Below, piece by piece: positions 37,445-46,737 of a stretch of DNA of 64,000 nucleotides (positions are counted from its first letter, which is position 1; every line of letters starts with the position of its first letter). The DNA is from an uncultured Actinomycetes bacterium. GTDB lineage: Bacteria; Actinomycetota; Thermoleophilia; Gaiellales; JAICJC01. The stretch lies in contig CAWJLQ010000011.1 of NCBI GenBank assembly GCA_963843705.1, positions 163,946-227,945 of the forward strand, read 5' to 3'. The position numbers were made by a program, and so were the translations under genes. The notes below the pieces were generated by a model that searched no databases, had not been told where the DNA came from, and worked only from the letters and a program-made list of their open reading frames with translations.

Positions 37445-37918
37445 GTGCCGGCCGCGGCCGTGGCCGGGCGGACCGCGGCGCTGCCCGGGGGCGACGGGCA
37501 CGAGGCGATCGGCGCCGTGGCGGCCGCCGCCTGCGCGGCGCTCGTCCTCGCGATCCTCGCGCGCTCCGAGGCGGGCGTCGTCTGGGCGATCGCGCTTGCC
37601 GCAGCCGCCTACGCCGGCGCGCTCGCGCTCGGCCCGCAGGCGGTCGACGGCTGGGCGCCGTTCGTGGCCGCGGGCCTCGTGGCCGCGGCCGAGCTGGGCC
37701 AGTGGGCGGTCGAGCTGGCGCGGCCGGCGGCGCGCGAGGCCGGGATCGGGCGCAGGCGGGCGGCCACGGTGGCCGCGCTCGCCGCCTGCGGCGCGGCGGT
37801 GGGATGGCTGATGCTGCTTGCGGCGGCCGTGGGGTCGGGCAGCCTCGTGCTGGTCGCGGCGGGGCTGGCGGCGGCAGCGGGCGCGGTCGCGCTCGTCTCG
37901 CGCCTGGCGCCGCGGTAG
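37445..37918 (+). CDS. Hypothetical Ala-rich membrane protein
   Basis: Several TM-like helices. The GTG start at 37445 is a guess within ORF 37280..37918. Confidence 0.35.
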   Translation: MPAAAVAGRTAALPGGDGHEAIGAVAAAACAALVLAILARSEAGVVWAIALAAAAYAGALALGPQAVDGWAPFVAAGLVAAAELGQWAVELARPAAREAGIGRRRAATVAALAACGAAVGWLMLLAAAVGSGSLVLVAAGLAAAAGAVALVSRLAPR

Positions 37919-37921
37919 ACT
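37916..37921 (+). promoter_or_regulatory. -10-like TAGACT, 8 nt upstream of ATG 37930
   Basis: TAnnnT hexamer overlapping the previous stop codon. Confidence 0.35.
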
Positions 37922-37929
37922 CGGCGCCG

Positions 37930-38592
37930 ATGCCCCGTCTGCTCGTCTTCGGCGCCCGCGGCCTCGGCCGCTCCATCGCCGAGCATCTGTTGCCGCAGGG
38001 CTGGGAGGCGGTGGGCGTGGCCCGGTCGCAGGAGACAGCGTCCGCGTTCCCGGGGACGGGCATCGCCGCCGATCTCACCGACATCGCCCGCATGCGCGAG
38101 GTCGTGGCCCAGGCGGCGCCGTTCGACCTGGCGGTGAACGCCATGTCGCCGAAGGGCCGGTTCGGCGGCGGCGACCTCGCCACCACCGACGACGCGGCCA
38201 TGGCGCCGTACCTCGAGCAGCTGCTGCCCGAGGTGTTCGGGTTCTACCGGACGTGCGGCGAGGCGCTCGCCGGCCAGGGCCGGGGGACGCTCGTGCAGGT
38301 GACCGGCGGCTCGGCGCGGCGGGCGCTCCCGGGCCGGGCGCCGTGGGCGGCCGGAGCCGCCGCCACGCGCGCGCTCTCGCAGGCGGCGGCGAACGAGCTG
38401 AAGGCCCGCGGCGTGCACTCGGCGCTGCTCGTCTGCGACGGCTCGTTCGGCACGCCCGGCGACGACGCCGGCGGCGAGCGCATCGATCCGGTGGAGCTGG
38501 CGAAGGCCGTGCAGTACCTGCACGAGCAGGGCCGGAGCGCCTGGACGCACGAGCTGGTGGTCACCCCGGTGGGCGACCGCTGGACGCCCTAG
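37930..38592 (+). CDS. NAD(P)-binding Rossmann-fold oxidoreductase (SDR-like)
   Basis: N-terminal LLVFGARGLGRSIA glycine motif. About 220 aa. Confidence 0.55.
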   Translation: MPRLLVFGARGLGRSIAEHLLPQGWEAVGVARSQETASAFPGTGIAADLTDIARMREVVAQAAPFDLAVNAMSPKGRFGGGDLATTDDAAMAPYLEQLLPEVFGFYRTCGEALAGQGRGTLVQVTGGSARRALPGRAPWAAGAAATRALSQAAANELKARGVHSALLVCDGSFGTPGDDAGGERIDPVELAKAVQYLHEQGRSAWTHELVVTPVGDRWTP

Positions 38593-38622
38593 ACCGCACG
38601 ACCGGGGCCAGGCCCCAGGCCG

Positions 38623-39003
38623 TCAGCGCAGGCCCGCCACCGTCTCATCCCACAGGGCGTTGTCGTCGCCCGTGCCGTCGCCCTGGTTGCGGGCGACGCG
38701 GGAGATGAGGGCGGCCAGGGCGGCGACCGCGTCCAGGTCGCCGGTGGCGCAGATCTCGCGCAGACCGGCCGCGTAGAGGTAGTCGCCGGTCAGCAGCGAG
38801 AGGTCGGCGTCGGCCTGGGAGAAGAGCCGCGAACGGCCGTAGTGCAGCAGGTAGCCCTCGTAGATCATCTCGACGCCGAGCAGGTGCCGGTCGGGGCAGC
38901 GCCCGGCGAAGCGCGGCTCGACCGCCGCGCCCGGGAGCAGCGCGCGCGCCCACAGCGGGCTGTCGGCCGCGGCCCGGTCGGCCACGGTCCGAAGCACGCT
39001 CAC
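38623..39003 (-). CDS. Hypothetical 126-aa protein, translationally coupled to hemL; weak resemblance to a polyprenyl synthase without Asp-rich motifs
   Basis: GTG at 39003 overlaps the hemL stop (GTGA). High GC3. Segments GVEMIYEGYLLHYG and LLTGDYLYAAGL. Confidence 0.45.
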   Translation of the reverse strand: MSVLRTVADRAAADSPLWARALLPGAAVEPRFAGRCPDRHLLGVEMIYEGYLLHYGRSRLFSQADADLSLLTGDYLYAAGLREICATGDLDAVAALAALISRVARNQGDGTGDDNALWDETVAGLR

Positions 39004-40274
39004 CCGCCGAACTCCGCGGCGGCGGCGGCGGTCAGCTCGATCTGCTCGGGCGTGTGGGCGAGCGACGGCATCGCAGCCTCGAACTGCGACGGCGCCAGGT
39101 AGACGCCCCGGCCCAGCATGTGGGCGTGGAAGCGGGCGTAGCGGGCGGTGTCGGACGCGGCCGCGTCGGCGAAGCAGCGCACCGGCCCGGGATGGAAGAA
39201 CGCGGTCAGCATCGCGCCGACCCGGTTCACGGTCACGCCCGGCCCGGCGAGCGCGTCCGCCAGCCCCGCTCCCGTCGCCTCGAGCCGGTCGTAGGCACCC
39301 GGCTCGCGCAGGAGCGCCAGCGTCGCCAGCCCGGCCGCCATCGCCAGGGGGTTGCCCGAGAGCGTGCCCGCCTGGTAGACGTCGCCGTCGGGCGCGAGTC
39401 GCTCCATCACGTCTCCGCGGCCGCCGAACGCCGCCGCCGGCAGGCCGCCGCCGATGATCTTGCCGAGGCAGGTGAGGTCGGCGCGCACCGCCAGCCGCTC
39501 CTGGGCGCCGCCGTACCCGACGCGGAAGCCCGTGATCACCTCGTCCGCCACGAGCAGCGCGCCGGTGCCGTTGCACACGGTGCGCAGGCCCTCCAGGAAG
39601 CCCGGCACGGGCGGCACGACGCCCATGTTGCCGGCGACGGGCTCCACGATCACCGCGGCCAGGTCGTCGCCGTGGCGCTCGGCCAGCCCGCGCACCGCCG
39701 CCAGGTCGTTGTACTCGCACACCAGCGTGTCGGCCGCCACGGCGGCCGGGACGCCCGGGCTGGACGGGATGCCGAGCGTCGCCAGGCCGGAGCCGGCCTG
39801 GGCGAGCAGCGCGTCGGCGTGACCGTGGTAGCCGCCCGCGAACTTGATCAGCTTCGACCGGCCGGTATGGGCGCGCGCAAGCCGCACCGCGCTCATCACG
39901 GCCTCGGTGCCCGACGAGACGAAGCGCACCTGCTCGAGCGACGGCACGGCCGCGCAGACGGCGGTGGCGAGCTCGAGCTCGAGCGCCGTCGGCGCGCCGA
40001 ACGACGTACCCTGCGCGGCCGCGGCGGCCACCGCGGCGACGACGTCGGGATGGGCATGGCCGGCGATCAGCGGCCCCCACGACTGCACCCAGTCGACGTA
40101 GCGGTGCCCGTCGGCGTCCCACACCCAGCCGCCCTCGCCGCGCGCGAGGAAGAGCGGGTGGTCGCGACCGACCGACCGCATCGCCCGCACGGGACTCGAG
40201 ACGCCGCCCGGGATCACCCGGCGCGCCTCCTCGTAGAGCCGCGCCGACTCCGGCGTCGTGCTTACGACAGCCAC
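39000..40274 (-). CDS. hemL: Glutamate-1-semialdehyde 2,1-aminomutase
   Basis: Typical N-terminus (SARLYEEARRVIPGGVSSPVRA) and class III aminotransferase body. The GTG at 40274 is tentative. Confidence 0.9.
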   Translation of the reverse strand: MAVVSTTPESARLYEEARRVIPGGVSSPVRAMRSVGRDHPLFLARGEGGWVWDADGHRYVDWVQSWGPLIAGHAHPDVVAAVAAAAAQGTSFGAPTALELELATAVCAAVPSLEQVRFVSSGTEAVMSAVRLARAHTGRSKLIKFAGGYHGHADALLAQAGSGLATLGIPSSPGVPAAVAADTLVCEYNDLAAVRGLAERHGDDLAAVIVEPVAGNMGVVPPVPGFLEGLRTVCNGTGALLVADEVITGFRVGYGGAQERLAVRADLTCLGKIIGGGLPAAAFGGRGDVMERLAPDGDVYQAGTLSGNPLAMAAGLATLALLREPGAYDRLEATGAGLADALAGPGVTVNRVGAMLTAFFHPGPVRCFADAAASDTARYARFHAHMLGRGVYLAPSQFEAAMPSLAHTPEQIELTAAAAAEFGG

Positions 40275-41233
40275 CCGGCCGCCTCGGCGGCGTAGTACGT
40301 GATCACCAGGTCGGCGCCGGCCCGGCGGATGCCGGTGAGCGCCTCGAGCGCCGCCGTCCGGCGGTCGACGAGGCCGCGGGCGGCCGCCGCCTCGAGCATG
40401 GCGTACTCGCCGCTCACCTGGTAGGCCGCCAGCGGCACGAGCGTCTCGGAGCGCAGCCGCCGCAGGACGTCGAGGTACGGCAGGGCCGGCTTGACCATGA
40501 CGACGTCCGCCCCCTCCTCGATGTCGAGCAACGCCTCGCGGATCGCCTCGTTGGCGTTGGCGGGATCCATCTGGTAGGCCTTGCGGTCGCCCTCGGACGG
40601 CGTCGAGTGGGCCGCGTCGCGGAACGGGCCGTAGAACGCCGACGCGAACTTGGCGCTGTAGGCCATGATCGCGGTGTCCGTGCGGCCCTCGCTGTCGAGG
40701 GAGGCGCGGATGGCGGCCACGCGGCCGTCCATCATGTCCGACGGGGCGACGAGGTCGGCGCCGGCGTTCGCGTGCGAGACGGCCGTGTCGGCCAGGAGCT
40801 CGAGGCTGACGTCGTTCTCGACCACGCCGTTGCGCAGGACGCCGCAGTGGCCGTGCGAGGTGTACTGGCACAGGCACACGTCGGTGATCACGGTCAGCTC
40901 CGGCCGCTCCGCCTTGATCGCCCGGACGGCCAGCTGCACGATCCCCTCCGGGTCGTAGGCCTCGCTGCCCGCGTCGTCCTTGCGGGCCGGCAGCCCGAAC
41001 AGCAGCACCGCCGGCACCCCGGCCGCGTAGGCGGCCGTCGCCGTCTCGACCAGCCCGTCGATACCGTGGTGGTACTGCCCCGGCATCGACGAGATCTCGT
41101 CGGAGGGGCCGCCGCCGTGGCGGACGAAGAGCGGCTGGATCATGTCGGCGGGCGAGAGCCGCGTCTCGCGGACCATCTGCCGCAGTCCGGATGTGCGCCG
41201 CAGCCGGCGCAGTCGCGTCGTCGGAAAAGGCAT
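40262..41233 (-). CDS. hemB: Porphobilinogen synthase (delta-aminolevulinate dehydratase), zinc type
   Basis: Cys-rich zinc site CLCQYTSHGHCG and active-site MVKPA. Internal ATG at 41233. Confidence 0.9.
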   Translation of the reverse strand: MPFPTTRLRRLRRTSGLRQMVRETRLSPADMIQPLFVRHGGGPSDEISSMPGQYHHGIDGLVETATAAYAAGVPAVLLFGLPARKDDAGSEAYDPEGIVQLAVRAIKAERPELTVITDVCLCQYTSHGHCGVLRNGVVENDVSLELLADTAVSHANAGADLVAPSDMMDGRVAAIRASLDSEGRTDTAIMAYSAKFASAFYGPFRDAAHSTPSEGDRKAYQMDPANANEAIREALLDIEEGADVVMVKPALPYLDVLRRLRSETLVPLAAYQVSGEYAMLEAAAARGLVDRRTAALEALTGIRRAGADLVITYYAAEAAGWLS

Positions 41234-41240
41234 GCTCCAG

Positions 41241-41246
41241 AGTGTA
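41241..41246 (-). promoter_or_regulatory. -10-like TACACT, 7 nt upstream of the hemB ATG at 41233
   Basis: TAnnnT hexamer at leaderless spacing. Confidence 0.4.
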
Positions 41247-41323
41247 ATCCGCGCTTGCCGCAGCACTCCCGATGGAGTAGGCTTGCCAAGAATCGACTGA
41301 TTCCAGGCTGGGAAGGTCAAGGG

Positions 41324-42706
41324 ATGGACGTCTCCGAGCTCCACGACGGCGAGTACTCGAACGAGGCCCTGCGCAAGCTCGGCGCGCGCGTCCGCCACCT
41401 GCGCCGCAAGCGCGGCATGACCCAGCGCGACCTGTCGTTCGACGGCTGCTCGTACAGCTACCTGGCCCGGATCGAGGCCGGCGACCGCCGCCCCAGCCCG
41501 CGCGTCCTGATGGAGATCGCCCGCCGGCTGGGCGTGAGCACGGAGGAGCTGACCGGCGAGACGGCGCCGCAGCAGCGGCCGCGCTCGCTCGAGCTGCTCG
41601 ACGCGATGGTGCTCGCCCGGATGGGCCGGCTGGACGAGGCCGACGAGCTCCTGCGCGGCGTCCTGCGTGAGGCCGAGGTGAACGGTGACGCCGAGCGCGT
41701 GAGCGAGGCGTGCGAGGGCCTGGGCCTGATCGCAGCCGAGCGCCGCGACGACGGCGAGGCGCGCCGGCTGCTCGAGCACGCGCTCGAGGTCGGCACACCG
41801 CCGGACCCCGCCCAGCGGGTGCAGCTCTACGGCCGCCTGCAGGAGCTCTACCGCCGCTCGGGCGACGTCGCCCGGGCGCTCGCGCTGCTCCAGGACTGCA
41901 TCGCGCGGCTCGGCCACGGCGGGTCGACCGATCAGGCGAAGCTGGTGCGCTACTCGCTGTGGCTGTCCGAGGCCTACGCCGAGGCGGGCGCCTTCTCACG
42001 GTCGGCCGCGGCGCTCGCCGACGCGCTCAGCGACCGGTCGCAGGCGGTCGACCTGGGGTCGCGCGCGGCCACCCAGTATGCGATCTCCCGCGACCATGCG
42101 GCGGCCGGCGCGCTCGACCAGGCCATCCGCTTCTCCGACCGCGCGCTCGCCCTCTACGAGCTCGCCGACGACAACCGCGCGCTCGGGGAGGCCCACCTCA
42201 CGTACGCGCAGCGGCTGCTCGACCAGGGTGACGCCGACGACGCCGGCAGCCATCTGCGCGCGGCCCGCGAGGTGTTCGGGCCGGGCGCCGAGTCCGTCGA
42301 CCGCGGGCGCCTGCTGGTCGAAGAGGCCCGGTTCGCGCTCCAGGCCGGCCTCGGCGAGGCCGCGATCGACTACGCAACCGAGGCCGTCGCCGTCCTCGAG
42401 GCCGGCGCGGACGGCCTCCACCTGGGCGACGCGCAGCTCGTGCTTGCGCGCGTCCATGACGAGCTCGGCCAGATGGAACGGGCGGATGCCGCATATGCCG
42501 CAGCGGTCGCCGCGCTCGCGCTGCAGCCCGACGCCTCGGCCGCACTCGCCCGCGCCTACCGGCACTACGGCAAGTTCCTGAAGCGGCTCGGGCGGGCGGA
42601 GGCCGCGCTCGAGGCGTTCGAGCTCGCCGCCGACCTCGCACCGTCGAACCAGGACGCGCTCGCGCCGCTCCCCACCGTGGACGTGCGGCTCCCGAACGAC
42701 CGCTAG
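41324..42706 (+). CDS. XRE-family HTH transcriptional regulator fused to a long TPR-like helical repeat domain
   Basis: HTH_3 pattern (LRRKRGMTQRDLS...SYLARIEAGDRRPS) followed by about 380 aa of Ala/Leu-rich repeats. Confidence 0.75.
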   Translation: MDVSELHDGEYSNEALRKLGARVRHLRRKRGMTQRDLSFDGCSYSYLARIEAGDRRPSPRVLMEIARRLGVSTEELTGETAPQQRPRSLELLDAMVLARMGRLDEADELLRGVLREAEVNGDAERVSEACEGLGLIAAERRDDGEARRLLEHALEVGTPPDPAQRVQLYGRLQELYRRSGDVARALALLQDCIARLGHGGSTDQAKLVRYSLWLSEAYAEAGAFSRSAAALADALSDRSQAVDLGSRAATQYAISRDHAAAGALDQAIRFSDRALALYELADDNRALGEAHLTYAQRLLDQGDADDAGSHLRAAREVFGPGAESVDRGRLLVEEARFALQAGLGEAAIDYATEAVAVLEAGADGLHLGDAQLVLARVHDELGQMERADAAYAAAVAALALQPDASAALARAYRHYGKFLKRLGRAEAALEAFELAADLAPSNQDALAPLPTVDVRLPNDR

Positions 42707-42727
42707 GTCGCGACGCCCCGGCGCACC

Positions 42728-43849
42728 GTGACGGACCTCGACGATCTCGCCGCCGTCCCGCTGGGGCAGATCGCCGAGGCGATGATGCTGGTCGCGCTCG
42801 ACCGCCTGGACGATGCCGAGGAGCTCCTCCGGCGGGCGCTGCGGGCCACGGAGATGCTCGAGGACGACGAGGGCGCGAGCCGCGCGCTCGAGGGGCTCGG
42901 GCTGATCGCGTCGCGCCGCGGCCGGTTCGAGCGCGCGGTCGAGCTGCTCGAGCAGGCGCTCGCACGGACCGGCGACGCGGATCCGGAGGAGCGCTTCGAG
43001 CTCTACCGGGAGCTGACCCGCCTGCACGGCGAGGGCACCAACCTGCCCCGCTCGATCGAGCTGCTCGAGGGGTGCGTGGCGACGATGCGCGCCCGGGACG
43101 AGCACGATCCCGCCAAGATGGTCGGGTACAACGTCTATCTGAGCTACGCCTATGCCGACCAGGGGGACTACGGGCACGCCACGGCGGTGCTCACCGGGGC
43201 GCTGCGCGAGGACGCGGAGGACATCGACCGCGCCACCCGGTCGACCGCGTACCGCGGGCTCTCGCGGCTCTACGCCGTCACCGGCCAGACCCCGCTCGCC
43301 GTCGACTACGCCCGCCGCGGACTCGAGCTGGCGCTCATGGACGACGACGAGTGGCTGCACGGGCAGTCGCACCTGCTGCTCGCCCACGTGCTGCTGGACG
43401 ACGGTCAGGCCGACGCGGCCGGCCGCGAGCTGGCCGCCGCCCGGCGCAGCTACGGCGACCGGCTGAGCGGCATGGACGAGGGCTTCGTGGCCGTCGAGGA
43501 GGCGCGCCGGGCGCTGCAGTCGGGCGACCCGGACGGCGCCGCGGCCCACGCTCGCGACGCGATCGAGCTGCTGGGCAACCTGTCCGTACCGGGCCAGCTC
43601 GGCGAGGCCTACCTGGTGCTGGCCCGCAGCTACGACGAGACCGGCCGGGCCGACCGGGCCGAGAACGCCTACACGGCCGCCATCGACGCCCTCCGGCTCC
43701 AGAACGGCTGGCACTGCGAGCTGGGACGCGCCTACCGCTGGTACGGCAAGTTCCTCCGCCGCGCCGGCCGCATCGAGGCGGCCGTCGACGCGTTCGAGCG
43801 GGCCGCCGACCTCGCGCCGTCGAACCACGACCGGCCCGGCGGCGGGTGA
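42728..43849 (+). CDS. TPR-like repeat protein, an HTH-less paralogue of 41324..42706
   Basis: Collinear with the repeat domain upstream. The C-terminus is nearly identical (RAYRWYGKFLRRAGRIEAAVDAFERAADLAPSN versus RAYRHYGKFLKRLGRAEAALEAFELAADLAPSN). Confidence 0.7.
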   Translation: MTDLDDLAAVPLGQIAEAMMLVALDRLDDAEELLRRALRATEMLEDDEGASRALEGLGLIASRRGRFERAVELLEQALARTGDADPEERFELYRELTRLHGEGTNLPRSIELLEGCVATMRARDEHDPAKMVGYNVYLSYAYADQGDYGHATAVLTGALREDAEDIDRATRSTAYRGLSRLYAVTGQTPLAVDYARRGLELALMDDDEWLHGQSHLLLAHVLLDDGQADAAGRELAAARRSYGDRLSGMDEGFVAVEEARRALQSGDPDGAAAHARDAIELLGNLSVPGQLGEAYLVLARSYDETGRADRAENAYTAAIDALRLQNGWHCELGRAYRWYGKFLRRAGRIEAAVDAFERAADLAPSNHDRPGGG

Positions 43850-43851
43850 CG

Positions 43852-45066
43852 CTACTCGCCGGCGGCGGGCACGGGCGGCTCCGGGCGCTCGACCGCCTCG
43901 GCGGACTCGATCTCGACCTCCACGGGGATCGGCCCGCGGGTGCGCCAGGGCTCGAGCGTCATGCGCTCGAGCAGGAACGCCGCCACCTCGCGGCCGATGG
44001 CGACGAGCGGCATCGCCAGGAGCACCCCCGCGATCCCGTAGAGCTCGCCGGCCGCGAGCAGGGCGAAGATCACCACGAGCGGATGCACCTTGACCGCGCC
44101 GCCCATCAGCTTGGGCACGATGACGTGGCCCTCGACCTGGTGGATGAAGAGGAACAGGATCGCGACCGCGACGACGGCGGTGAGCGACTCCGTCGCCGCG
44201 ACGGCGCCGGGGGCGAGCGCGCCCAGCCAGGGACCGAGGTAGGGGATGATCTCCACGATCGCCGCCCAGGCGGCGAACGCGATCGCGTAGGTTCGCCCGC
44301 CCGGGAAGACGCCCGTGATCCCGAGCACCCACAGCCCCGCGCCGGCGCTCGCGCCGACCGCGAGCGAGACCATCGTCTGGCCGCGGATATACGCCAGCAG
44401 GGCGCGCTCGACCCGGGTGACGAGGTCGTCGTCGGGGCCGGTACCGGGGAAGACTCCGCGCAGGAACCGCGACAGCCTGGGCGCGTCGAGCAGCATGTAC
44501 ACCGAGACCACGATCACGAGCACGAGGTTGAAGAGGCTCTCGAACACGGTGATCACGAGCGACTGCACGACCGACACCGCCCGGCCGGAGTACTTCTGCA
44601 GGTGGGAGACGTCGACGTGGTGGACGAGCCGCTCGCCCGGCCCGAGCACGTTCATCTTCACCGGGCTCGAGCGGTCGAGCCAGCGCTGCAGCTCGTGCAG
44701 CTTGCGGTCGGCGGGCGTGACGCCGCTCGCATCCTTGTGGAACTGGTCGTTCACCGTGTTGGCGACGGACTGCACCTCGCGGGCGATGACCGTCCCGGCG
44801 ATCACGCTGACGCCGCCGATCGCGACGGCGAAGCAGAGGTAGACGAGCAGCACCGCCAGGCCGCGCGGGATGCGCATCGCGCAGAACGCCCGCACGATCG
44901 GGTTCAGCAGGATGGCGATCAGCGCCGCGACGACGAACACGAAGACCGCGCCGTTCACCGCCGAAACCAGGAGCCATCCGCCCACCACGGCCAACGGCAG
45001 GCCCACAAGCTGAATCCACCGCGGGATCAGGATCTTCGCCGGGCCGTCTGGCGGCATTGCGGCCAT
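43852..45066 (-). CDS. AI-2E family transporter (PerM/UPF0118)
   Basis: Polytopic protein with family-typical segments (LNPIVRAF, IIPYLGPW). ATG at 45066 is preceded by GGAGG. The ORF track allows a start at 45126. Confidence 0.8.
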   Translation of the reverse strand: MAAMPPDGPAKILIPRWIQLVGLPLAVVGGWLLVSAVNGAVFVFVVAALIAILLNPIVRAFCAMRIPRGLAVLLVYLCFAVAIGGVSVIAGTVIAREVQSVANTVNDQFHKDASGVTPADRKLHELQRWLDRSSPVKMNVLGPGERLVHHVDVSHLQKYSGRAVSVVQSLVITVFESLFNLVLVIVVSVYMLLDAPRLSRFLRGVFPGTGPDDDLVTRVERALLAYIRGQTMVSLAVGASAGAGLWVLGITGVFPGGRTYAIAFAAWAAIVEIIPYLGPWLGALAPGAVAATESLTAVVAVAILFLFIHQVEGHVIVPKLMGGAVKVHPLVVIFALLAAGELYGIAGVLLAMPLVAIGREVAAFLLERMTLEPWRTRGPIPVEVEIESAEAVERPEPPVPAAGE

Positions 45067-45154
45067 CGTAGCAGCCGCCTCCCGGGCCCAACCGGCGACG
45101 GCCGGCCGCAGCTCCCCCGACCGCACTGCCCGCTCCGAAAGCCCCGCAATCCGC

Positions 45155-45160
45155 TACCCT
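45155..45160 (+). promoter_or_regulatory. -10-like TACCCT, 7 nt upstream of GTG 45168
   Basis: TAnnnT hexamer at leaderless spacing. Confidence 0.3.
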
Positions 45161-45167
45161 GGCACCC

Positions 45168-45953
45168 GTGACCGCGAGGCATCGCCGCCGCTATCCGCGC
45201 CGTCGCCCCGACCGTGGCCGTACCCGGCGCAGGATCGCGCTGGCGGGGGTGCTCCTGATCGTCGTGACCGTGATCGCCACGGCGCTGCGGTCGGGGTCGT
45301 CGTCGTCGAACACGTCGGCGGCCATCGCGAGCGTGCCGCCGACCCAGCTCGCCCCGAACGTGCCGCCGGCGCCCCGGGGCCTGGCGACCGCACCCGGGAA
45401 CCTCGTGCTCGACGTGCCTATCACGCGCCGGCGGGTGACGGCGATCGTCTACCACGGGGCCGGTGAGACGGCGGTCGTGCCGCTCTCACCGCTCGGCAGC
45501 CAGCGCAACGCCGGCATCCTGAACACGATCTCGAAGATGCTCACCGGGGCGCCCGACGGCGGGGGCGGCCCGTCGTACTACGTCGACGCCTCGGGGCAGG
45601 GGCCGAGCACCGGATCCGTGGACATCGGCGCCGTCGCCGGCACGAACGTCTACTCGCCGGTGGACGGCAAGGTGGTGAGCATCCAGCCGTACGTGATCGC
45701 CGGCACGGCATACGGGAGCGTGATCGAGATCCAGCCGACGTCGACCCCGGCCGACGTGGTCACCGTCACCAACGTGCGCGTCGTCGCCGGCCTCGCCGTC
45801 GGCGCACCGGTGCTCGCGGCCAAGACGAAGCTGGGCGCAGTCGTCGACCTCTCCAAGGTGATCCAGCAGGAGATGGCGAGGTACACGTCCGACGCCGGGA
45901 ACCACGTCCACATCCAGCTCGGCCCGGCCCCGGCGCCCAGCACCTTCCTCTAG
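45168..45953 (+). CDS. Membrane-anchored LytM/M23-like protein, apparently lacking the catalytic HxxxD/HxH motifs
   Basis: Arg-rich N-terminus and a TM helix. The core GTNVYSPVDGKVV...NHVHIQL resembles an M23 barrel. Confidence 0.45.
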   Translation: MTARHRRRYPRRRPDRGRTRRRIALAGVLLIVVTVIATALRSGSSSSNTSAAIASVPPTQLAPNVPPAPRGLATAPGNLVLDVPITRRRVTAIVYHGAGETAVVPLSPLGSQRNAGILNTISKMLTGAPDGGGGPSYYVDASGQGPSTGSVDIGAVAGTNVYSPVDGKVVSIQPYVIAGTAYGSVIEIQPTSTPADVVTVTNVRVVAGLAVGAPVLAAKTKLGAVVDLSKVIQQEMARYTSDAGNHVHIQLGPAPAPSTFL

Positions 45954-45957
45954 CGTC

Positions 45958-46734
45958 GTGCGCATCCTCTTCATCGCCGACGCCTTCGCGGCTCCGGGCC
46001 GGCGGATCATCGAGCAGGAGGTGCCGCGGCTGCGGGCCGAGCGCGGGGTCGACTTCGTCGTCGCGAACGGCGAGAACCTCGCCGACGGGACCGGGATCAC
46101 CAGCCGGCTCGCACGCCGCCTGCACGGCGCGGGCGTCGACGTGATCACGCTCGGCAACCACGCGTTCCGCCAACGGGAGGTGTACGAGCACCTGGCGATG
46201 GACGGCAGAATCGTGCGCCCGGCGAACTATCCGGCCACCGCGCCGGGTCGCGGATGGTGCGTGGCGACGGCCGCCGACGGCACCCAGGTCGCCGTCGTCA
46301 ACCTCCTGGGCAAGCTGTTCCTCGACCCGGCGGTGAGCCCGTTTGCGATCGCGGACGACCTCGTGCGCGAGGCCCGCGAGCAGGCGCCGGTCGTGATCGT
46401 CGACTTCCACGCCGAGGCCACCAGCGAGAAGGTCGCCATGGGACGGTTCCTGGACGGCCGCGTGACGGCGGTGCTCGGCACGCACACGCACGTGCAGACG
46501 AACGACGCCCAGATCCTGCGCGGCGGGACGGCCTACATCACGGATGCCGGCATGACCGGCCCGCACGACTCGGTCATCGGCGTCCGCGCCGAGCTCGTCC
46601 TGCGCCGGTTCACCACCCAGATGCCCGTGCGGTTCGAGCCCGCCGAGGGCGGCGTGCGCATGGAGGGCGTCATGATCGAGTGCGACGCCGACGGCCGCGC
46701 CACCGCGATCGAGGCCCTGCGCATCGAGGAGTAG
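45958..46734 (+). CDS. ymdB: YmdB-like metallophosphoesterase (2',3'-cyclic-nucleotide phosphodiesterase family)
   Basis: Motifs ANGENLADG, GNHAF, DFHAEATSEK and GTHTHVQTND. Confidence 0.85.
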   Translation: MRILFIADAFAAPGRRIIEQEVPRLRAERGVDFVVANGENLADGTGITSRLARRLHGAGVDVITLGNHAFRQREVYEHLAMDGRIVRPANYPATAPGRGWCVATAADGTQVAVVNLLGKLFLDPAVSPFAIADDLVREAREQAPVVIVDFHAEATSEKVAMGRFLDGRVTAVLGTHTHVQTNDAQILRGGTAYITDAGMTGPHDSVIGVRAELVLRRFTTQMPVRFEPAEGGVRMEGVMIECDADGRATAIEALRIEE

Positions 46735-46737
46735 GCG

